A stretch of DNA of 64,000 nucleotides from an uncultured Mogibacterium sp. (lineage in GTDB: Bacteria; Bacillota; Clostridia; Peptostreptococcales; Anaerovoracaceae). A program made the translations under genes and the position numbers. Every line of letters starts with the position of its first letter. The stretch's first letter is position 1. The stretch spans positions 16,611 to 80,610 of the forward strand of contig CALISE010000019.1 of assembly GCA_938041965.1 (NCBI GenBank), written 5' to 3'. The notes under the pieces were generated by a model, which had not been told where the DNA came from, made no database searches, and worked only from the letters and a program-made list of their open reading frames with translations. This document shows positions 50,809-62,119 of this stretch, piece by piece.

Positions 50809-50863
50809 AATATAATTAAATAGATAAAAAATTGTGTAAAAATTGGTTGTGATATATTCCATG

Positions 50864-50897
50864 ACAAGGCTTTGACAAGTCAAAGCCTTGTTTTTTT
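50864..50897 (+). terminator. Intrinsic terminator
   Basis: ACAAGGCTTTGAC-AA-GTCAAAGCCTTGT-TTTTTT. Confidence 0.8.
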
Positions 50898-51010
50898 GCC
50901 CGTTGCTGGTTTGTAAAGAATTTTAATGAGTGATATAATTCAGATTAAATCACGTCCTATATGATTTTGGGCCATTTGGCTAATTTTACAGGACAGAAAG
51001 GATAACGCTT

Positions 51011-51337
51011 ATGTCGATAGCAGGTATTGAAAAAGTCAGGGAAGCTGAGGCGAAAGCAGCTCAGATTAAAAAATCATCTGAAGAAGCTGCAGCCCAGATC
51101 ATAGCTGACGGCAAGAAAGAATCTAAGGTTCTACTAGAAGATGCCGAAAAGAAAGGCACCGAAACTTACAAGGCTGCGATTGCATTCGCCGAAGCTAAGG
51201 CAGAAGAGTCATATCAGAAGAAGGTAGATTCTGAATCCGTTTTGTGCGAGCAACTTAAAGCCTCAGCTAGAGAGAATCTTATGCAAGCAGCTTCAGCAAT
51301 CGTCGGAAAGGTAGTGGGTACTTATGGCAACGATTAA
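51011..51337 (+). CDS. V/A-type ATPase subunit G/H (peripheral stalk)
   Basis: 108-aa A/E/K-rich coiled coil, first gene of the operon. Confidence 0.8.
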   Translation: MSIAGIEKVREAEAKAAQIKKSSEEAAAQIIADGKKESKVLLEDAEKKGTETYKAAIAFAEAKAEESYQKKVDSESVLCEQLKASARENLMQAASAIVGKVVGTYGND

Positions 51338-53306
51338 AATGAAAAAGTTGTCCGTCATAGGTATGAACGATGAGAAGCAAGCTCTGATTAAAGATCTCAT
51401 GGATCTCGGGGCTGTCGAAGTCGCAAATCCTGAAGACAAGCTTCAAAGCGAAGAGTGGACGAATCTTGTCGTGAAGGATGGCGATGAAGCCGCTTTGGCA
51501 GAATTCGACAAGAAAATCTCCGATGCTGAATCAGCACTATCTTTATTAGATAGATATGACGGCAGTAAAAAGCCAATGTTTCCAGCCCGCAGGGTTGTGA
51601 CAGAAGCTGAGTATAGTGAGATTTTAGGCAAAGAGAAGGAGTTTGAGGAGGAAGTACATCTCTTAAATGAGTACGGAAGTGCTATTGCCGATGCTTACAG
51701 TAAAGCAAACTCGGCAGAGGTACTAAAGCTGTCGCTTGAACCTTGGAGAGCATATAAACTTCCTATTGAACTCACAGAGACAGCATGTCTAAGTATACGC
51801 ATTGGACTGATGCCACTAAGCACAGATGTTCAGGAAGTCGAGAACGAACTGGAAGCTGCTGGATTGCCTTCAGTAGTACAGTGTGTCAACAAGGACAAGG
51901 AACAGATGTATGTCAGCGTGTGGTATTTTAGGGATGACGAAGATGCTGCACTCGAAATTATCAAACGCTATGGCTTTACCCTTGCTCCAATTGCAGAGCT
52001 TGAAGGAACGGCAGAGGAGAATATCTCTAGAGCTGAGCAGGCGATTGCCGATGCTAATAGTGAGAGAGAGAGTCTTGAACTCAAGGTCAAAGAGATGGAG
52101 AAATCCAGAGCCGATGTTGAGTGTTACCACGACATCATGGTAATTGGTCGCGATAAAGCATTCGTTCGTAGTAGACTTCTCACAACTGATGAGACGTTCA
52201 CCTTTGATGGATGGACACCAAAATTCGCTTCTAGCAAGGTTGAGAAACTGCTAGAAAAATACACATGTTGGTACGAACTGACAGAACCCGATGAAGATGA
52301 CGATGTGCCGGTGCGCCTACAGAACAAAAAGTTCTTTGCACCAATCGAATTTATCACGGAGATGTATTCGTTACCAAATTGGAAAGAGGTTGATCCGACA
52401 TCTATATTCTCGATATTCTATATCATATTCTTCGGAATTATGTTCGGAGATGTGGGATATGGAATCATATTATGTGCTATGTCGGTATATGCACTAAAGA
52501 AGAACAAGCTGTACGAGGGAGGACCATATAAGCTTCTGAAAGTATTATTCTACAGCGGAATCTCCAGTATATTCTGGGGCGTTATGTTTGGAAGTTTCTT
52601 CGGAGACCTCATCCCTGTAGTCGCAAAGACGTTCTTCGGTAAGACAATTGTCATCAATCCGTTATGGCTAGATCCAGCTAAATCACCTATGATATTCCTA
52701 GTGTTCTCATGCGGGCTCGGTGTTATACACCTGTTCGTCGGAATGGGAATTAAAGCGTACGAAGAGATAAGGGCTGGAAAGTTCCTCGATGCATGTAAGG
52801 ATGTATTTGCATGGTATCTCATCGTTGCAGGAATCATATTGATGTTGTTTGGAGCTAAAATTTCTTCTGGAGCTCCAGGCATTGGTAAGATTATGGCAAT
52901 AGTAGGTCTAGTAGCAGCTATAGTCCTTCCGTTCATAACCAACAAAGGAATTACGAAGGGACTCGGTATCTGGGATATCTATAGTGGATTGACAGGAAAT
53001 CTGTCCGATATACTCTCGTATTCGAGACTTCTCGGACTTGGTCTAGCTTCTACATCAATAGCTCAGGTATTTAACTTCCTGGCTTCGATGGGAGGCAAAA
53101 GTGTAGTCGGAGTGGTTATGTTCCTGGTAATAGGAATTCTAGGGCACACACTAAACTTCGGAATCAATGCTCTGGGAGCATTTGTTCACTCATGCAGACT
53201 TCAGTATGTAGAGTTCTTCGGTAGATTCTATGAAGGTGAAGGTAAAGCATTTGAACCGTTAAGCAGAGATACGAAGTATATTAATGTAATTAAGGAGGCA
53301 AAATAA
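51324..53306 (+). CDS. ntpI: V/A-type ATPase subunit I (a)
   Basis: EVDPT, FFGIMFGDVGYG, SDILSYSRLLGLGLA, VHSCRLQYVEFF. Confidence 0.95.
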   Translation: MATIKMKKLSVIGMNDEKQALIKDLMDLGAVEVANPEDKLQSEEWTNLVVKDGDEAALAEFDKKISDAESALSLLDRYDGSKKPMFPARRVVTEAEYSEILGKEKEFEEEVHLLNEYGSAIADAYSKANSAEVLKLSLEPWRAYKLPIELTETACLSIRIGLMPLSTDVQEVENELEAAGLPSVVQCVNKDKEQMYVSVWYFRDDEDAALEIIKRYGFTLAPIAELEGTAEENISRAEQAIADANSERESLELKVKEMEKSRADVECYHDIMVIGRDKAFVRSRLLTTDETFTFDGWTPKFASSKVEKLLEKYTCWYELTEPDEDDDVPVRLQNKKFFAPIEFITEMYSLPNWKEVDPTSIFSIFYIIFFGIMFGDVGYGIILCAMSVYALKKNKLYEGGPYKLLKVLFYSGISSIFWGVMFGSFFGDLIPVVAKTFFGKTIVINPLWLDPAKSPMIFLVFSCGLGVIHLFVGMGIKAYEEIRAGKFLDACKDVFAWYLIVAGIILMLFGAKISSGAPGIGKIMAIVGLVAAIVLPFITNKGITKGLGIWDIYSGLTGNLSDILSYSRLLGLGLASTSIAQVFNFLASMGGKSVVGVVMFLVIGILGHTLNFGINALGAFVHSCRLQYVEFFGRFYEGEGKAFEPLSRDTKYINVIKEAK

Positions 53307-53779
53307 TGAGTTTAGGTCTAACATTAGCTGTACTAGGTGCAGCAATTGCGACAATCGCAGGCGTAGGTAGTGCTATTGGTGTTGGTATTGCCGGTGAGGC
53401 AGCTGACGGTGTAATGTCTGGTGACAAGGTGAGCTTCGGTTCAACACTTGTACTTCAGGCTCTCCCTGGAACACAGGGTATTTACGGAATGGTTATCGCT
53501 ATCCTGATTCTTACTAAAATTGGAATTCTCGGTGGCAACCTTGCAAGTGTTTCTACAACACAGGGACTTGCATTCCTGTTTGCAGGAGTTCCAATCGGAG
53601 TTGTAGGCATCGTCTCTGGATATACACAGGGTAGAGCAGCAGCTGCTGGTATGCAGCTCATCTCCAAGAAGGACGGAGCTCTAGGTAACGCTATCATCTA
53701 TGCTGTAATGGTGGAGACATACGCTATCCTAGCATTCATCATCTCGTTCCTTATGTACAACGGCGTTCAGATTGGTTAA
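53306..53779 (+). CDS. ntpK: V/A-type ATPase subunit K (c), 4-TM
   Basis: LPGTQGIYG, SGYTQG, MVETYA. Confidence 0.95.
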   Translation: MSLGLTLAVLGAAIATIAGVGSAIGVGIAGEAADGVMSGDKVSFGSTLVLQALPGTQGIYGMVIAILILTKIGILGGNLASVSTTQGLAFLFAGVPIGVVGIVSGYTQGRAAAAGMQLISKKDGALGNAIIYAVMVETYAILAFIISFLMYNGVQIG

Positions 53780-53825
53780 TAGCACACAAATCGTTGTAAC
53801 TAATTTATAGAAAGGGACGGTAAGA

Positions 53826-54395
53826 ATGAGTATAGAGTCTATAACTGAGCGAATCCTAAGGGAGGCTCAGGCTTATTCCGACAGTCAGAGAAGCGAGGCA
53901 GAAGCAGTCAAAGCCGAAATACTCAAAGAGGCACAGGTAGAGGCAGATGAGCTCCTACGAGGCTACGAGGAAAAGGCTAAGAATGATGCCGAAGTCCTAG
54001 TTAGCAGAAGACAGTCGGTTGCGGACCTCGATGCGCGCAAGATGAAACTCGCTGCTAAGCAGGCTGTTATTGATGAGTGCTACAAAGAAGCAGTTGATAT
54101 GATTCTTAGCCTAGAAACCGGAGAGTATGTTAAGTTTATCTGCAGACAGCTCGGTGCATATCAGCAAGAAGGTGGAGAGGTTCTGCTTAATAAAACAGAT
54201 AGAGACAGAATAGGTGCTGACCTTGTAAATCTATTCAAAGGTACAGCGCTTACACTAAGTGATGAAACCGTTGATATTGAAGGTGGATGTATACTTAGAA
54301 GAGGTAATATCTCATACAATGCTTCGCTAGAGAAGCTGTTATCAAATGCAAGAGAAGAGTTGACCGCAGAGGTTGCTGGAATTCTGTTCAAGTAA
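53826..54395 (+). CDS. ntpE: V/A-type ATPase subunit E
   Basis: Coiled coil, IEGGCIL, operon position. Confidence 0.9.
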   Translation: MSIESITERILREAQAYSDSQRSEAEAVKAEILKEAQVEADELLRGYEEKAKNDAEVLVSRRQSVADLDARKMKLAAKQAVIDECYKEAVDMILSLETGEYVKFICRQLGAYQQEGGEVLLNKTDRDRIGADLVNLFKGTALTLSDETVDIEGGCILRRGNISYNASLEKLLSNAREELTAEVAGILFK

Positions 54396-54422
54396 CCGCT
54401 TTAACCAGAAAGGAGGCATATT

Positions 54423-55418
54423 TTGGGAACTGATTTCGTATATGCGAGCTCATATGTGAGAAGCCAAGAAGGAAAGTTGCTCTCAAGTGAGCAGTTACGC
54501 AATATGACAGAGTCTAAAAATATCGACGATATATGCAAAGTTCTGCAAGATGCTGGTTATGGTTCTGAAGGCAACGCTTTATCTGCGGCAAATTATCAAG
54601 AAGTGCTTAAGGAAGCCGAAGCGTCATTCTTCGCTGAGGTGAAAGAACTTAGCAAGGACAGTAAGGCACTCAATATATTCTGCTATCCTGCTGATTACCA
54701 TAATTTAAAGGTACTACTTAAAGCAGAGTCACTAGGCGTTGATAGAGACGAGCTGCTTATGGAAAGTGGAACTATCAGTGCAAGCGAGATGGCTAAGAGC
54801 GTCAAGGAACGTTCTACTATGAACCTCACAGAGAATATGGCAAGTGCACTCACTGAAGCGGTAGATGTTCATGCTCGTACTAATGATCCGCAGATGATTG
54901 ATTTTGTCTGTGACAAGTACTGCTTTGCAGATATTATCGAAGCAGCAGAAGCATCAAAGAACAGCTTTGTTAAAGGCTATGTATCGCTTTGGATTGACAC
55001 TGTTAACCTCAAGACATTTGCGAGAGTTAAAAAGATGGGACAGCCATGGAATTACTTTGAAAATGTATTTATTCCGGGCGGAACTGTAGATTTACAGGTG
55101 TTCCTAGGTAGTTATGAGGATGACTTCAAGCAGGCCACAGAAAAATTCCAGGCTTACAACATCGCAAAAGCAGTGAGCGAAGGAGGAGAACAGATTGACA
55201 ATAGCGGTGATTTTACACTGCTTGAGAAGATTTGTGATAACCTTCTCGTGGAATACAGCAGAGAAGCTAAAACCGTGACATTTGGTCTTGAACCATTGGT
55301 TTCATATCTAGTGGCTAGGCAGAATGAGGTAAAAGCTATCCGCATCGTGCTTGCTGGTAAGCTTGCTAAGATGAGCCCAGAATTAATTAGAGAAAGACTG
55401 AGGGAGACTTATGAGTAA
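54423..55418 (+). CDS. ntpC: V/A-type ATPase subunit C (d)
   Basis: DYHNLKVLLK, IDTVNLK, EVKAIRIVL...IRERLR; TTG start after AGGAGG. Confidence 0.92.
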   Translation: MGTDFVYASSYVRSQEGKLLSSEQLRNMTESKNIDDICKVLQDAGYGSEGNALSAANYQEVLKEAEASFFAEVKELSKDSKALNIFCYPADYHNLKVLLKAESLGVDRDELLMESGTISASEMAKSVKERSTMNLTENMASALTEAVDVHARTNDPQMIDFVCDKYCFADIIEAAEASKNSFVKGYVSLWIDTVNLKTFARVKKMGQPWNYFENVFIPGGTVDLQVFLGSYEDDFKQATEKFQAYNIAKAVSEGGEQIDNSGDFTLLEKICDNLLVEYSREAKTVTFGLEPLVSYLVARQNEVKAIRIVLAGKLAKMSPELIRERLRETYE

Positions 55419-55731
55419 GATTGGTATTATTGGTGATGCCGATAGTGTGCTAGGCTTCAAGGTCTTTGGGCTAGATGCATTCGCGTGCAGAAACAAGGAA
55501 GAAGCCGCAGATAAATTGCATAGTATCGTAAAGGATGATTATGGAATCATCTATATCACTGAAAAGTATTACAAAGAAATAGGTAATGAAATCGCAAAAT
55601 ATGAAACCCTTCGTATTCCAGCAATAGTTCCAATTCCTGGAAGCGATGGGGGCTATGGCGCAGGCCTTAACAACGTCAAGAGGGCTGTTGAGAAGGCTGT
55701 TGGTGCTGACATACTATTTGGCGATAAATAA
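55411..55731 (+). CDS. V/A-type ATPase subunit F
   Basis: [23 protein letters not shown]. Confidence 0.93.
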   Translation: MSKIGIIGDADSVLGFKVFGLDAFACRNKEEAADKLHSIVKDDYGIIYITEKYYKEIGNEIAKYETLRIPAIVPIPGSDGGYGAGLNNVKRAVEKAVGADILFGDK

Positions 55732-55742
55732 TGGAGGTAATC

Positions 55743-57521
55743 ATGGAACAAGGTAAAATCGTTAAGATATCCGGACCTCTAGTAGTTGCTTCGGGCATGA
55801 GCGACGCAGATATGTATGACGTAGTTAAGGTCGGAAATCAAGGCCTTACTGGAGAAATCATCGAGATGCGCGATGGAAATGCCTCGATTCAGGTATACGA
55901 GGAAACCGCTGGTCTACAGCCAGGTGAGCCAGTTTACTCTACTGGGGCGCCACTATCTGTAGAGCTCGGACCGGGACTTATTGAGACCATTTACGATGGA
56001 ATTCAGAGACCGCTGTCTGTGCTTCTCAAGAAGACAGGCACCAATATCGCTAGAGGTGTATCGGAGCCAGCGCTTGACCGCGACAAGAAATGGGATTTCG
56101 TTGCAGTTGCAAAGGTTGGAGACGAAGTTTCGGCAGGAGAAGTTCTGGGTACGGTTGAGGAGACAATCGCCGTAACACAGAGGATTATGGTTCCTTACAA
56201 GGTTAGCGGTAAGGTTAAGAGCATCGAAAGTGGTAGCTTTACAGTTGATGAGACTGTAGCAGTTATCGAGGATGCTTCTGGAAAAGATATCGAAGTTAAG
56301 ATGATGCAGAGATGGCCAGTAAGAGTTGAGCGTCCTTACAAGGAAAAGCTTTCACCTGAAGAGCCACTGATCACAGGACAGAGAGTAATCGATACAATGT
56401 TCCCAATCGCTAAGGGTGGTGTAGCTGCTGTTCCGGGACCTTTCGGTTCAGGAAAGACTGTAGTACAGCACCAGCTAGCTAAGTGGGCAGATGCTGATAT
56501 CGTGGTTTATATCGGATGCGGAGAGCGTGGAAACGAGATGACAGACGTACTCAATGAGTTCCCTGAGCTCGTTGACCCTAAGACGGGTGAATCTCTAATG
56601 AGAAGAACTGTGCTAATCGCTAACACTTCCGACATGCCGGTAGCTGCGAGAGAAGCATCTGTATATACTGGAATCACAATTGCAGAGTACTTTAGAGATA
56701 TGGGCTACTCAGTAGCTCTCATGGCTGACTCAACATCTAGATGGGCTGAGGCTCTTCGTGAGATGTCTGGTCGTCTTGAAGAAATGCCTGGTGAAGAAGG
56801 TTATCCAGCTTACCTAGCATCCAGACTTGCACAGTTCTACGAGAGAGCTGGTAAGGTTGTATGCCTTGGTAGCGATGGTAGGGTAGGAGCACTATCCGCT
56901 ATCGGAGCTGTATCGCCTCCAGGAGGAGATATATCCGAGCCAGTATCACAGGCTACACTTCGTATAGTAAAGGTATTCTGGGGACTAGATGCTAATCTAG
57001 CGCATGCTAGACATTTCCCTGCAATTAACTGGTTAAACAGCTATTCGCTATATGCAGATAGACTTAACGTATGGTTTGCAGAGAACGTTAACAAGGAATT
57101 CCCAAATCATAGAGCAAGAGCTCTCAAGCTGCTTCAGGAAGAAGACGAGCTAAACGAAATCGTACAGTTAGTCGGAGTGGATGGCCTATCTAAGGAAGAC
57201 CAGCTCAAGCTTGAGGTCTGCAAGATGATTCGTGAGGACTATCTACACCAGAATGCGTTCCACGAAGTTGATACATTTACATCTACGAACAAGCAGTTTA
57301 AGCTTCTAGATTTAATCCTTCGTTACTATGATGAGGGGCTAAGAGGACTTCATGAGCATGCTGACTTTAAGGCAATCACTTCACTGCCTCTAAGAGAGGA
57401 CATCGGAAGATTCAAGTACCTTGAAGAGGATGTGGTAGATGGAGAGTATGCTGCACTTGTTGGCAAGCTAGAGGCTTCTATAGAAGAGCTTATTAAGAAG
57501 GCAGGTGAACTGAATGATTAG
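55743..57521 (+). CDS. ntpA: V/A-type ATPase subunit A
   Basis: [38 protein letters not shown]. Confidence 0.97.
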   Translation: MEQGKIVKISGPLVVASGMSDADMYDVVKVGNQGLTGEIIEMRDGNASIQVYEETAGLQPGEPVYSTGAPLSVELGPGLIETIYDGIQRPLSVLLKKTGTNIARGVSEPALDRDKKWDFVAVAKVGDEVSAGEVLGTVEETIAVTQRIMVPYKVSGKVKSIESGSFTVDETVAVIEDASGKDIEVKMMQRWPVRVERPYKEKLSPEEPLITGQRVIDTMFPIAKGGVAAVPGPFGSGKTVVQHQLAKWADADIVVYIGCGERGNEMTDVLNEFPELVDPKTGESLMRRTVLIANTSDMPVAAREASVYTGITIAEYFRDMGYSVALMADSTSRWAEALREMSGRLEEMPGEEGYPAYLASRLAQFYERAGKVVCLGSDGRVGALSAIGAVSPPGGDISEPVSQATLRIVKVFWGLDANLAHARHFPAINWLNSYSLYADRLNVWFAENVNKEFPNHRARALKLLQEEDELNEIVQLVGVDGLSKEDQLKLEVCKMIREDYLHQNAFHEVDTFTSTNKQFKLLDLILRYYDEGLRGLHEHADFKAITSLPLREDIGRFKYLEEDVVDGEYAALVGKLEASIEELIKKAGELND

Positions 57522-58887
57522 AGAATATAAGACTATTTCTGAAGTAGCCGGCCCTTTGATGGTTGTTAAGGGTGTAGAAGACGTAGGCTACGATGAACTA
57601 GGTGAGATTGAGCTTGCAAATGGTGAGCTTAGACACTGTAAGGTTCTCGAGCTTAACGGCACTGACGCTGTCGTACAGCTATTTGAAAACTCCGCAGGAA
57701 TGAATCTCAAAGAGAGTAAGGTAAGATTTCTTGGGCACGGAAATCAGCTAGGTGTATCACTCGATATGCTCGGAAGAGTATTTGACGGAATGGGCAGACC
57801 TATAGATGGTGGTTCTGAAATTATTCCAGAAGAATACCTCGATATTAACGGACTAGCCATGAATCCGGCTGCAAGAGAGTATCCGTCTGAGTTCATTCAG
57901 ACTGGCGTATCCGCTATCGACGGACTTAACACTCTAGTAAGAGGTCAGAAGCTTCCTATCTTCTCGGGATCAGGACTTCCACACGCGAACCTCGCAGCTC
58001 AGATTGCAAGACAGGCTAAGGTTCGTGGTACAGACAGCAAGTTCGCCGTAGTGTTCGCAGCTGTAGGTATCACTTATGAAGAAGCTGAGTTCTTCATGAC
58101 AGACTTCCGTAAGAGTGGAGCTATCGATCGTTCGGTAATGTTCCTAAACCTTGCTAACGACCCTGCTGTAGAGCGTATTGCGACACCTCGTATGGCGCTA
58201 ACTGCTGCTGAATATTTAGCATTTGAACAGAACATGCATGTTCTAGTTATCATCACTGATATTACGAACTATGCTGAATCTCTTCGTGAGGTTTCTGCTG
58301 CTCGTAAGGAGGTTCCAGGACGTCGTGGTTATCCAGGATATCTATACACTGACCTCGCTACTATGTACGAGAGAGCTGGTAAGAAGAAGGGAATCGACGG
58401 TTCGATCACTATGATTCCAATCGTATCGATGCCTGAGGATGATATTACTCACCCAATTCCTGACCTTACAGGATATATCACAGAGGGACAGATTATCCTA
58501 TCTAGAGACCTATATAGAAAGGGTGTTACACCGCCAATCGATGTACTTCCTTCGTTATCCCGTCTAAAGGACAAGGGTATCGGTGAAGGTAAGACTCGTA
58601 AGGATCATGCGGACGTACTCAACCAGCTCTTTGCTATCTACGCAAGAGGTAAGGAGTGTAAAGAGCTCATGGCTATCCTCGGAGAAGCTGCGCTCAGCGA
58701 CGTTGATAAGCTATATGCGAAGTTTGCTGATGAATTTGAGAACAAGTATGTATCCCAGGGATACGAGAAGGATAGATCCATTGAGGAAACACTAGATGTT
58801 GGCTGGGAGCTTCTCAGAACGATGCCTAGATCAGAGCTCAAACGTGTAAAGAAAGAGTACCTCGATGAATTTTATGACAAGAAGTAG
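57514..58887 (+). CDS. ntpB: V/A-type ATPase subunit B
   Basis: [43 protein letters not shown]. Confidence 0.97.
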   Translation: MIREYKTISEVAGPLMVVKGVEDVGYDELGEIELANGELRHCKVLELNGTDAVVQLFENSAGMNLKESKVRFLGHGNQLGVSLDMLGRVFDGMGRPIDGGSEIIPEEYLDINGLAMNPAAREYPSEFIQTGVSAIDGLNTLVRGQKLPIFSGSGLPHANLAAQIARQAKVRGTDSKFAVVFAAVGITYEEAEFFMTDFRKSGAIDRSVMFLNLANDPAVERIATPRMALTAAEYLAFEQNMHVLVIITDITNYAESLREVSAARKEVPGRRGYPGYLYTDLATMYERAGKKKGIDGSITMIPIVSMPEDDITHPIPDLTGYITEGQIILSRDLYRKGVTPPIDVLPSLSRLKDKGIGEGKTRKDHADVLNQLFAIYARGKECKELMAILGEAALSDVDKLYAKFADEFENKYVSQGYEKDRSIEETLDVGWELLRTMPRSELKRVKKEYLDEFYDKK

Positions 58888-58910
58888 CTCAGTAAGAAAG
58901 GGATGATCTT

Positions 58911-59600
58911 ATGGCAAGACTAAATGTTAACCCAACGAGAATGGTCATGTCTAAGCTTAAAGGGCAACTCAAGGTGGCTATCAAGGGTCACAAGCTCATG
59001 AAGGATAAGAGAGATGAGCTTATGCGAATCTTTTTAGATCTCGCTAGAGAGATTAAAGCACTTCGTGAAGAGGTGGAGCCAATGCTTGAAGAGGTGTATG
59101 GAAGCTTTTCAGTAGCGCGTGCCGTAATGACACCAGAGATGCTAGAGGAAGCTCTAATGTATCCTAAGCAGAGTGTGAAACTCGTTGCAGAAGAGAAAAA
59201 TGTAATGAGCATCGATGTTCCATCCTTTGATTTTGAGCAGGAGAACACGCAGACAGGAAGCGTGTACCCTTATGGATTTGCGACCACATCAGGTGAACTC
59301 GATAAGTCTATTGAGAAGCTCTCCATTTTATTCCCTAAGCTACTTGAGCTTGCTGGAATGGAGAAGGAGGCTATGCTCATAGCTGATGAAATTGAGAAGA
59401 CCAGAAGACGTGTTAATGCTCTTGAGTATGTCAAGATACCAAACTACAAGGAGACCATCAAGTATATCAAGATGAAGCTTGATGAGAACGAGAGAGGTAA
59501 CCAGACAAGACTCATGAAGGTTAAGGACATGATGCTGAAAGAGAATATCGAACAGCAGCGTGAAAAGGATGCTGAGATGCTCGCCCAAATGGCAGAGTAA
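58911..59600 (+). CDS. ntpD: V/A-type ATPase subunit D
   Basis: VNPTRM, GHKLMKDKRD, EIEKTRRRVNALE. Confidence 0.96.
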   Translation: MARLNVNPTRMVMSKLKGQLKVAIKGHKLMKDKRDELMRIFLDLAREIKALREEVEPMLEEVYGSFSVARAVMTPEMLEEALMYPKQSVKLVAEEKNVMSIDVPSFDFEQENTQTGSVYPYGFATTSGELDKSIEKLSILFPKLLELAGMEKEAMLIADEIEKTRRRVNALEYVKIPNYKETIKYIKMKLDENERGNQTRLMKVKDMMLKENIEQQREKDAEMLAQMAE

Positions 59601-59631
59601 GAGCTTGGGCATAACAATCTAATAAGAAACT

Positions 59632-59665
59632 AGCGAGATGTAGACTATCTGCATCTCGCTTTTTT
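59632..59665 (+). terminator. Intrinsic terminator of ATPase operon
   Basis: AGCGAGATGTAGA...TCTGCATCTCGCT-TTTTT. Confidence 0.8.
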
Positions 59666-59745
59666 AGTGGTAATTAATTATTTTAGCTATCAAGGTACGG
59701 AGAACCACGTGCTAAGAATGTACATTATTTGTACAAGAGAATACG

Positions 59746-59773
59746 TTGACATATGATATTAAAGTGATATCAT
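59746..59773 (+). promoter_or_regulatory. SigA promoter with internal inverted repeat
   Basis: TTGACA (59746-59751), TG-A-TATCAT (59768-59773); ATGATAT-N7-ATATCAT (59753-59773). Confidence 0.55.
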
Positions 59774-59918
59774 GACCATATAAATAGCACAGCAATTATG
59801 ACGATGACAGAGTATCAGCCCATAATCGTTCTTATGGTAAGAGCGATAAATGCGGCGAAGGAACCTGTGTGTGATTACATAAAAGTGCCAGATACCATAC
59901 CCATGAAAGGAGGATGAA

Positions 59919-60533
59919 ATGAAAAAGGTTATAACTTATATAAAAAATCATATCCCTCTGAGGCAGGTTATTCCATTAATTTTGCTAACGATAATGTTCA
60001 GATTAGCTATAGGAAGATTATATGAACTTTTTGTTGAATCTTATATGGATACGTATGGCAATGAGAGTAAAAATGCATATGTATCGGGCTTAGACATAGT
60101 CCTCACGGGATTTGGTATATTCATATGTTTATACGCGATAGTTGTCTATATCGTTGAGAGGCGAAGTCATCTGCCATTTTGGTATGGGAGATGCCAGAGC
60201 GCTGGATCTAATGCCAATGCAGTTTTTGAAGCAGCCATTGGAACATCGCTCTTACGTCTTTCGCCAGCTGTAACTGCAGTCATTGCGATGATATTCATTA
60301 TTTTATTTACAATAGTAAGCAATATTACGGCTAAGCATAGAGAAGAAATAAAACAAAGGTATGTAGGTCATATTGGAAGAACAGTGGACGATTTGAAGCT
60401 TAAAGGTAAAGTGGATTTTGGCGGCGAGGTGCTACATGCTCTCGGTAGAGAGGTTATTCCTAAAGATACAGAAGTTAAAGCTGTAGACATTGATGGATAT
60501 AATATCATAGTAGAGAGACTTATAAAAGAATAA
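59919..60533 (+). CDS. Membrane protein with NfeD-like C-terminal OB domain
   Basis: 3 TM helices then YVGHIGRTVDDL..KGKV..GGE..A....I.KDTEVK.VDIDG..IIVE; SD AAGGAGG. Confidence 0.75.
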   Translation: MKKVITYIKNHIPLRQVIPLILLTIMFRLAIGRLYELFVESYMDTYGNESKNAYVSGLDIVLTGFGIFICLYAIVVYIVERRSHLPFWYGRCQSAGSNANAVFEAAIGTSLLRLSPAVTAVIAMIFIILFTIVSNITAKHREEIKQRYVGHIGRTVDDLKLKGKVDFGGEVLHALGREVIPKDTEVKAVDIDGYNIIVERLIKE

Positions 60534-60539
60534 CAATAA

Positions 60540-60569
60540 AAGAGCTACGAAGTTAACTTCGTAGCTCTT
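60540..60569. terminator. Perfect 30-bp palindrome, bidirectional terminator
   Basis: AAGAGCTACGAAGTT|AACTTCGTAGCTCTT. Confidence 0.75.
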
Positions 60570-60622
60570 GCTTTTGCATGTTGTGAAGATAGCTTGAACT
60601 TAGTTTTTATAAAATTGTAAAT

Positions 60623-62119
60623 TTAGCTGAGTACGGAAATATCTATTCCTTCTCTACCTTCGAGAAATTTCTTGATGAGTGAAAGTGCTATTTTTACTCC
60701 GCCCTCGCTGACAGACTCAATATTAAGCGGCATCACAGGGTCGTGAAGTGACTTCCTAAGCAGGAACCAACCATCATGACCATCAAGGCTATAGTTAATC
60801 CGTACTCCTTCGTAGTTAGGAAGCTCGAGAGACAAGTCCTCAGTTTGCTCAGCCCATGCCTTCATATCTTCAAGGATTTTGTCGCCAACCTCGCTGAAGT
60901 TATCTGCAGTCAGATTAAATCTAATCTCTACTGATTCTGCAGGCTCGGCGAGGGTTGCAATCATGTGCTCAATGCCTTTGCCTTCCTTTTTGAGGTTAGC
61001 CGCATTGATGATAGTTTGAACAGCAAGGAAGGCACCGTCATCTAGATAATAGTTATCCGAGTAAGCTGCATGGCCCGAAGTCTCGATAGCGAGGAATGCA
61101 TTTTCGCCTTCCTTTGATAGTTCAATAGCCTTATTTATAACGTTTTTGTAGCCTCTCTTGTATCTGAGGTGCTTTAAACCGAGCTTATCTTCGAGAAATG
61201 TGTGCAGTTCATTTGAAGTGATGCTGTCCGTAACGACTGTACCACCTGGATAATCATCTGCACCGATTGCTGCTGCGAGAGCAACGATGGCATTTCTGCT
61301 GATAGGCTTTCCCTCTGATGTTACAGCAGCACTTCTGTCAACGTCAGTATCAAATATGATTCCGAGGTCAGCGCCTGTCTCGCGCACCTGTTTGCAAATC
61401 GACTCCATAGCATCCTTGTTCTCAGGGTTTGGCTGGTGGTTAGGGAAAGTACCATCAGGATCAAGGAACTGACTGCCACTGATATCCGCACCAAGAGGGG
61501 CGAGGACGTTAGTAGCAAAGAAGCCGCCAGCACCATTTCCAGCATCTACAACAATTTTCATGTTGCTTAAATCACCACCAACTCCCGTGCTAATCATCGA
61601 ACGGAGGTGAGCAGCATACATCTGCATTAGGTTCACGCTCTCAGCCTTGTATTCGAAGGGAAGTATATGTGCGCTTGCCGCGTATTCGAGCACCTCCTTG
61701 ATATCTGCTTTGTTGAGTCCGCCTTCAGCGGTAAAGAATTTGAAACCATTTCTGTTAAATGGCAGATGACTCGCCGTAACCATTATTGCTCCATCAAATT
61801 CGTAGAACGGCATAACTGTCGACATGTACATAGCCGGGGTGGAAGCTAGACCTGCATCGCTTACTTGAACACCTAGATATGCCATGCCAGACATGAGTGC
61901 ATCAGCTAGGTCTGGACCAGTGATGCGAGGATCTCTTCCTACGCATATCTTGAGGTCGAATGAGTTCTTCCCTACCTTGAAGCCTAACCAGTGTGCAAAT
62001 GCCGCACCAATTGCAAGTGCATTGTACCTTGTCAGGTTTACATCCTCACCTTCAACTCCGTTCATAGCGATTCCTCGAATGTCGCTACCGTTTTGAAGCT
62101 TTAAAATTTCTTTGCCCAT
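60623..62119 (-). CDS. Phosphomannomutase/phosphoglucomutase
   Basis: GSDIRG, TASHLP, FDTDVDR, ETSGH. Confidence 0.92.
   Translation of the reverse strand: MGKEILKLQNGSDIRGIAMNGVEGEDVNLTRYNALAIGAAFAHWLGFKVGKNSFDLKICVGRDPRITGPDLADALMSGMAYLGVQVSDAGLASTPAMYMSTVMPFYEFDGAIMVTASHLPFNRNGFKFFTAEGGLNKADIKEVLEYAASAHILPFEYKAESVNLMQMYAAHLRSMISTGVGGDLSNMKIVVDAGNGAGGFFATNVLAPLGADISGSQFLDPDGTFPNHQPNPENKDAMESICKQVRETGADLGIIFDTDVDRSAAVTSEGKPISRNAIVALAAAIGADDYPGGTVVTDSITSNELHTFLEDKLGLKHLRYKRGYKNVINKAIELSKEGENAFLAIETSGHAAYSDNYYLDDGAFLAVQTIINAANLKKEGKGIEHMIATLAEPAESVEIRFNLTADNFSEVGDKILEDMKAWAEQTEDLSLELPNYEGVRINYSLDGHDGWFLLRKSLHDPVMPLNIESVSEGGVKIALSLIKKFLEGREGIDISVLS

Noticed and set aside
50810..51010. Na+ riboswitch or Rex box upstream of the ATPase operon
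   Set aside because: No convincing match to either consensus.
59795..59880. T-box riboswitch (starts GACGATGACAGAG)
   Set aside because: No UGGNACC T-box sequence or terminator, and too short.
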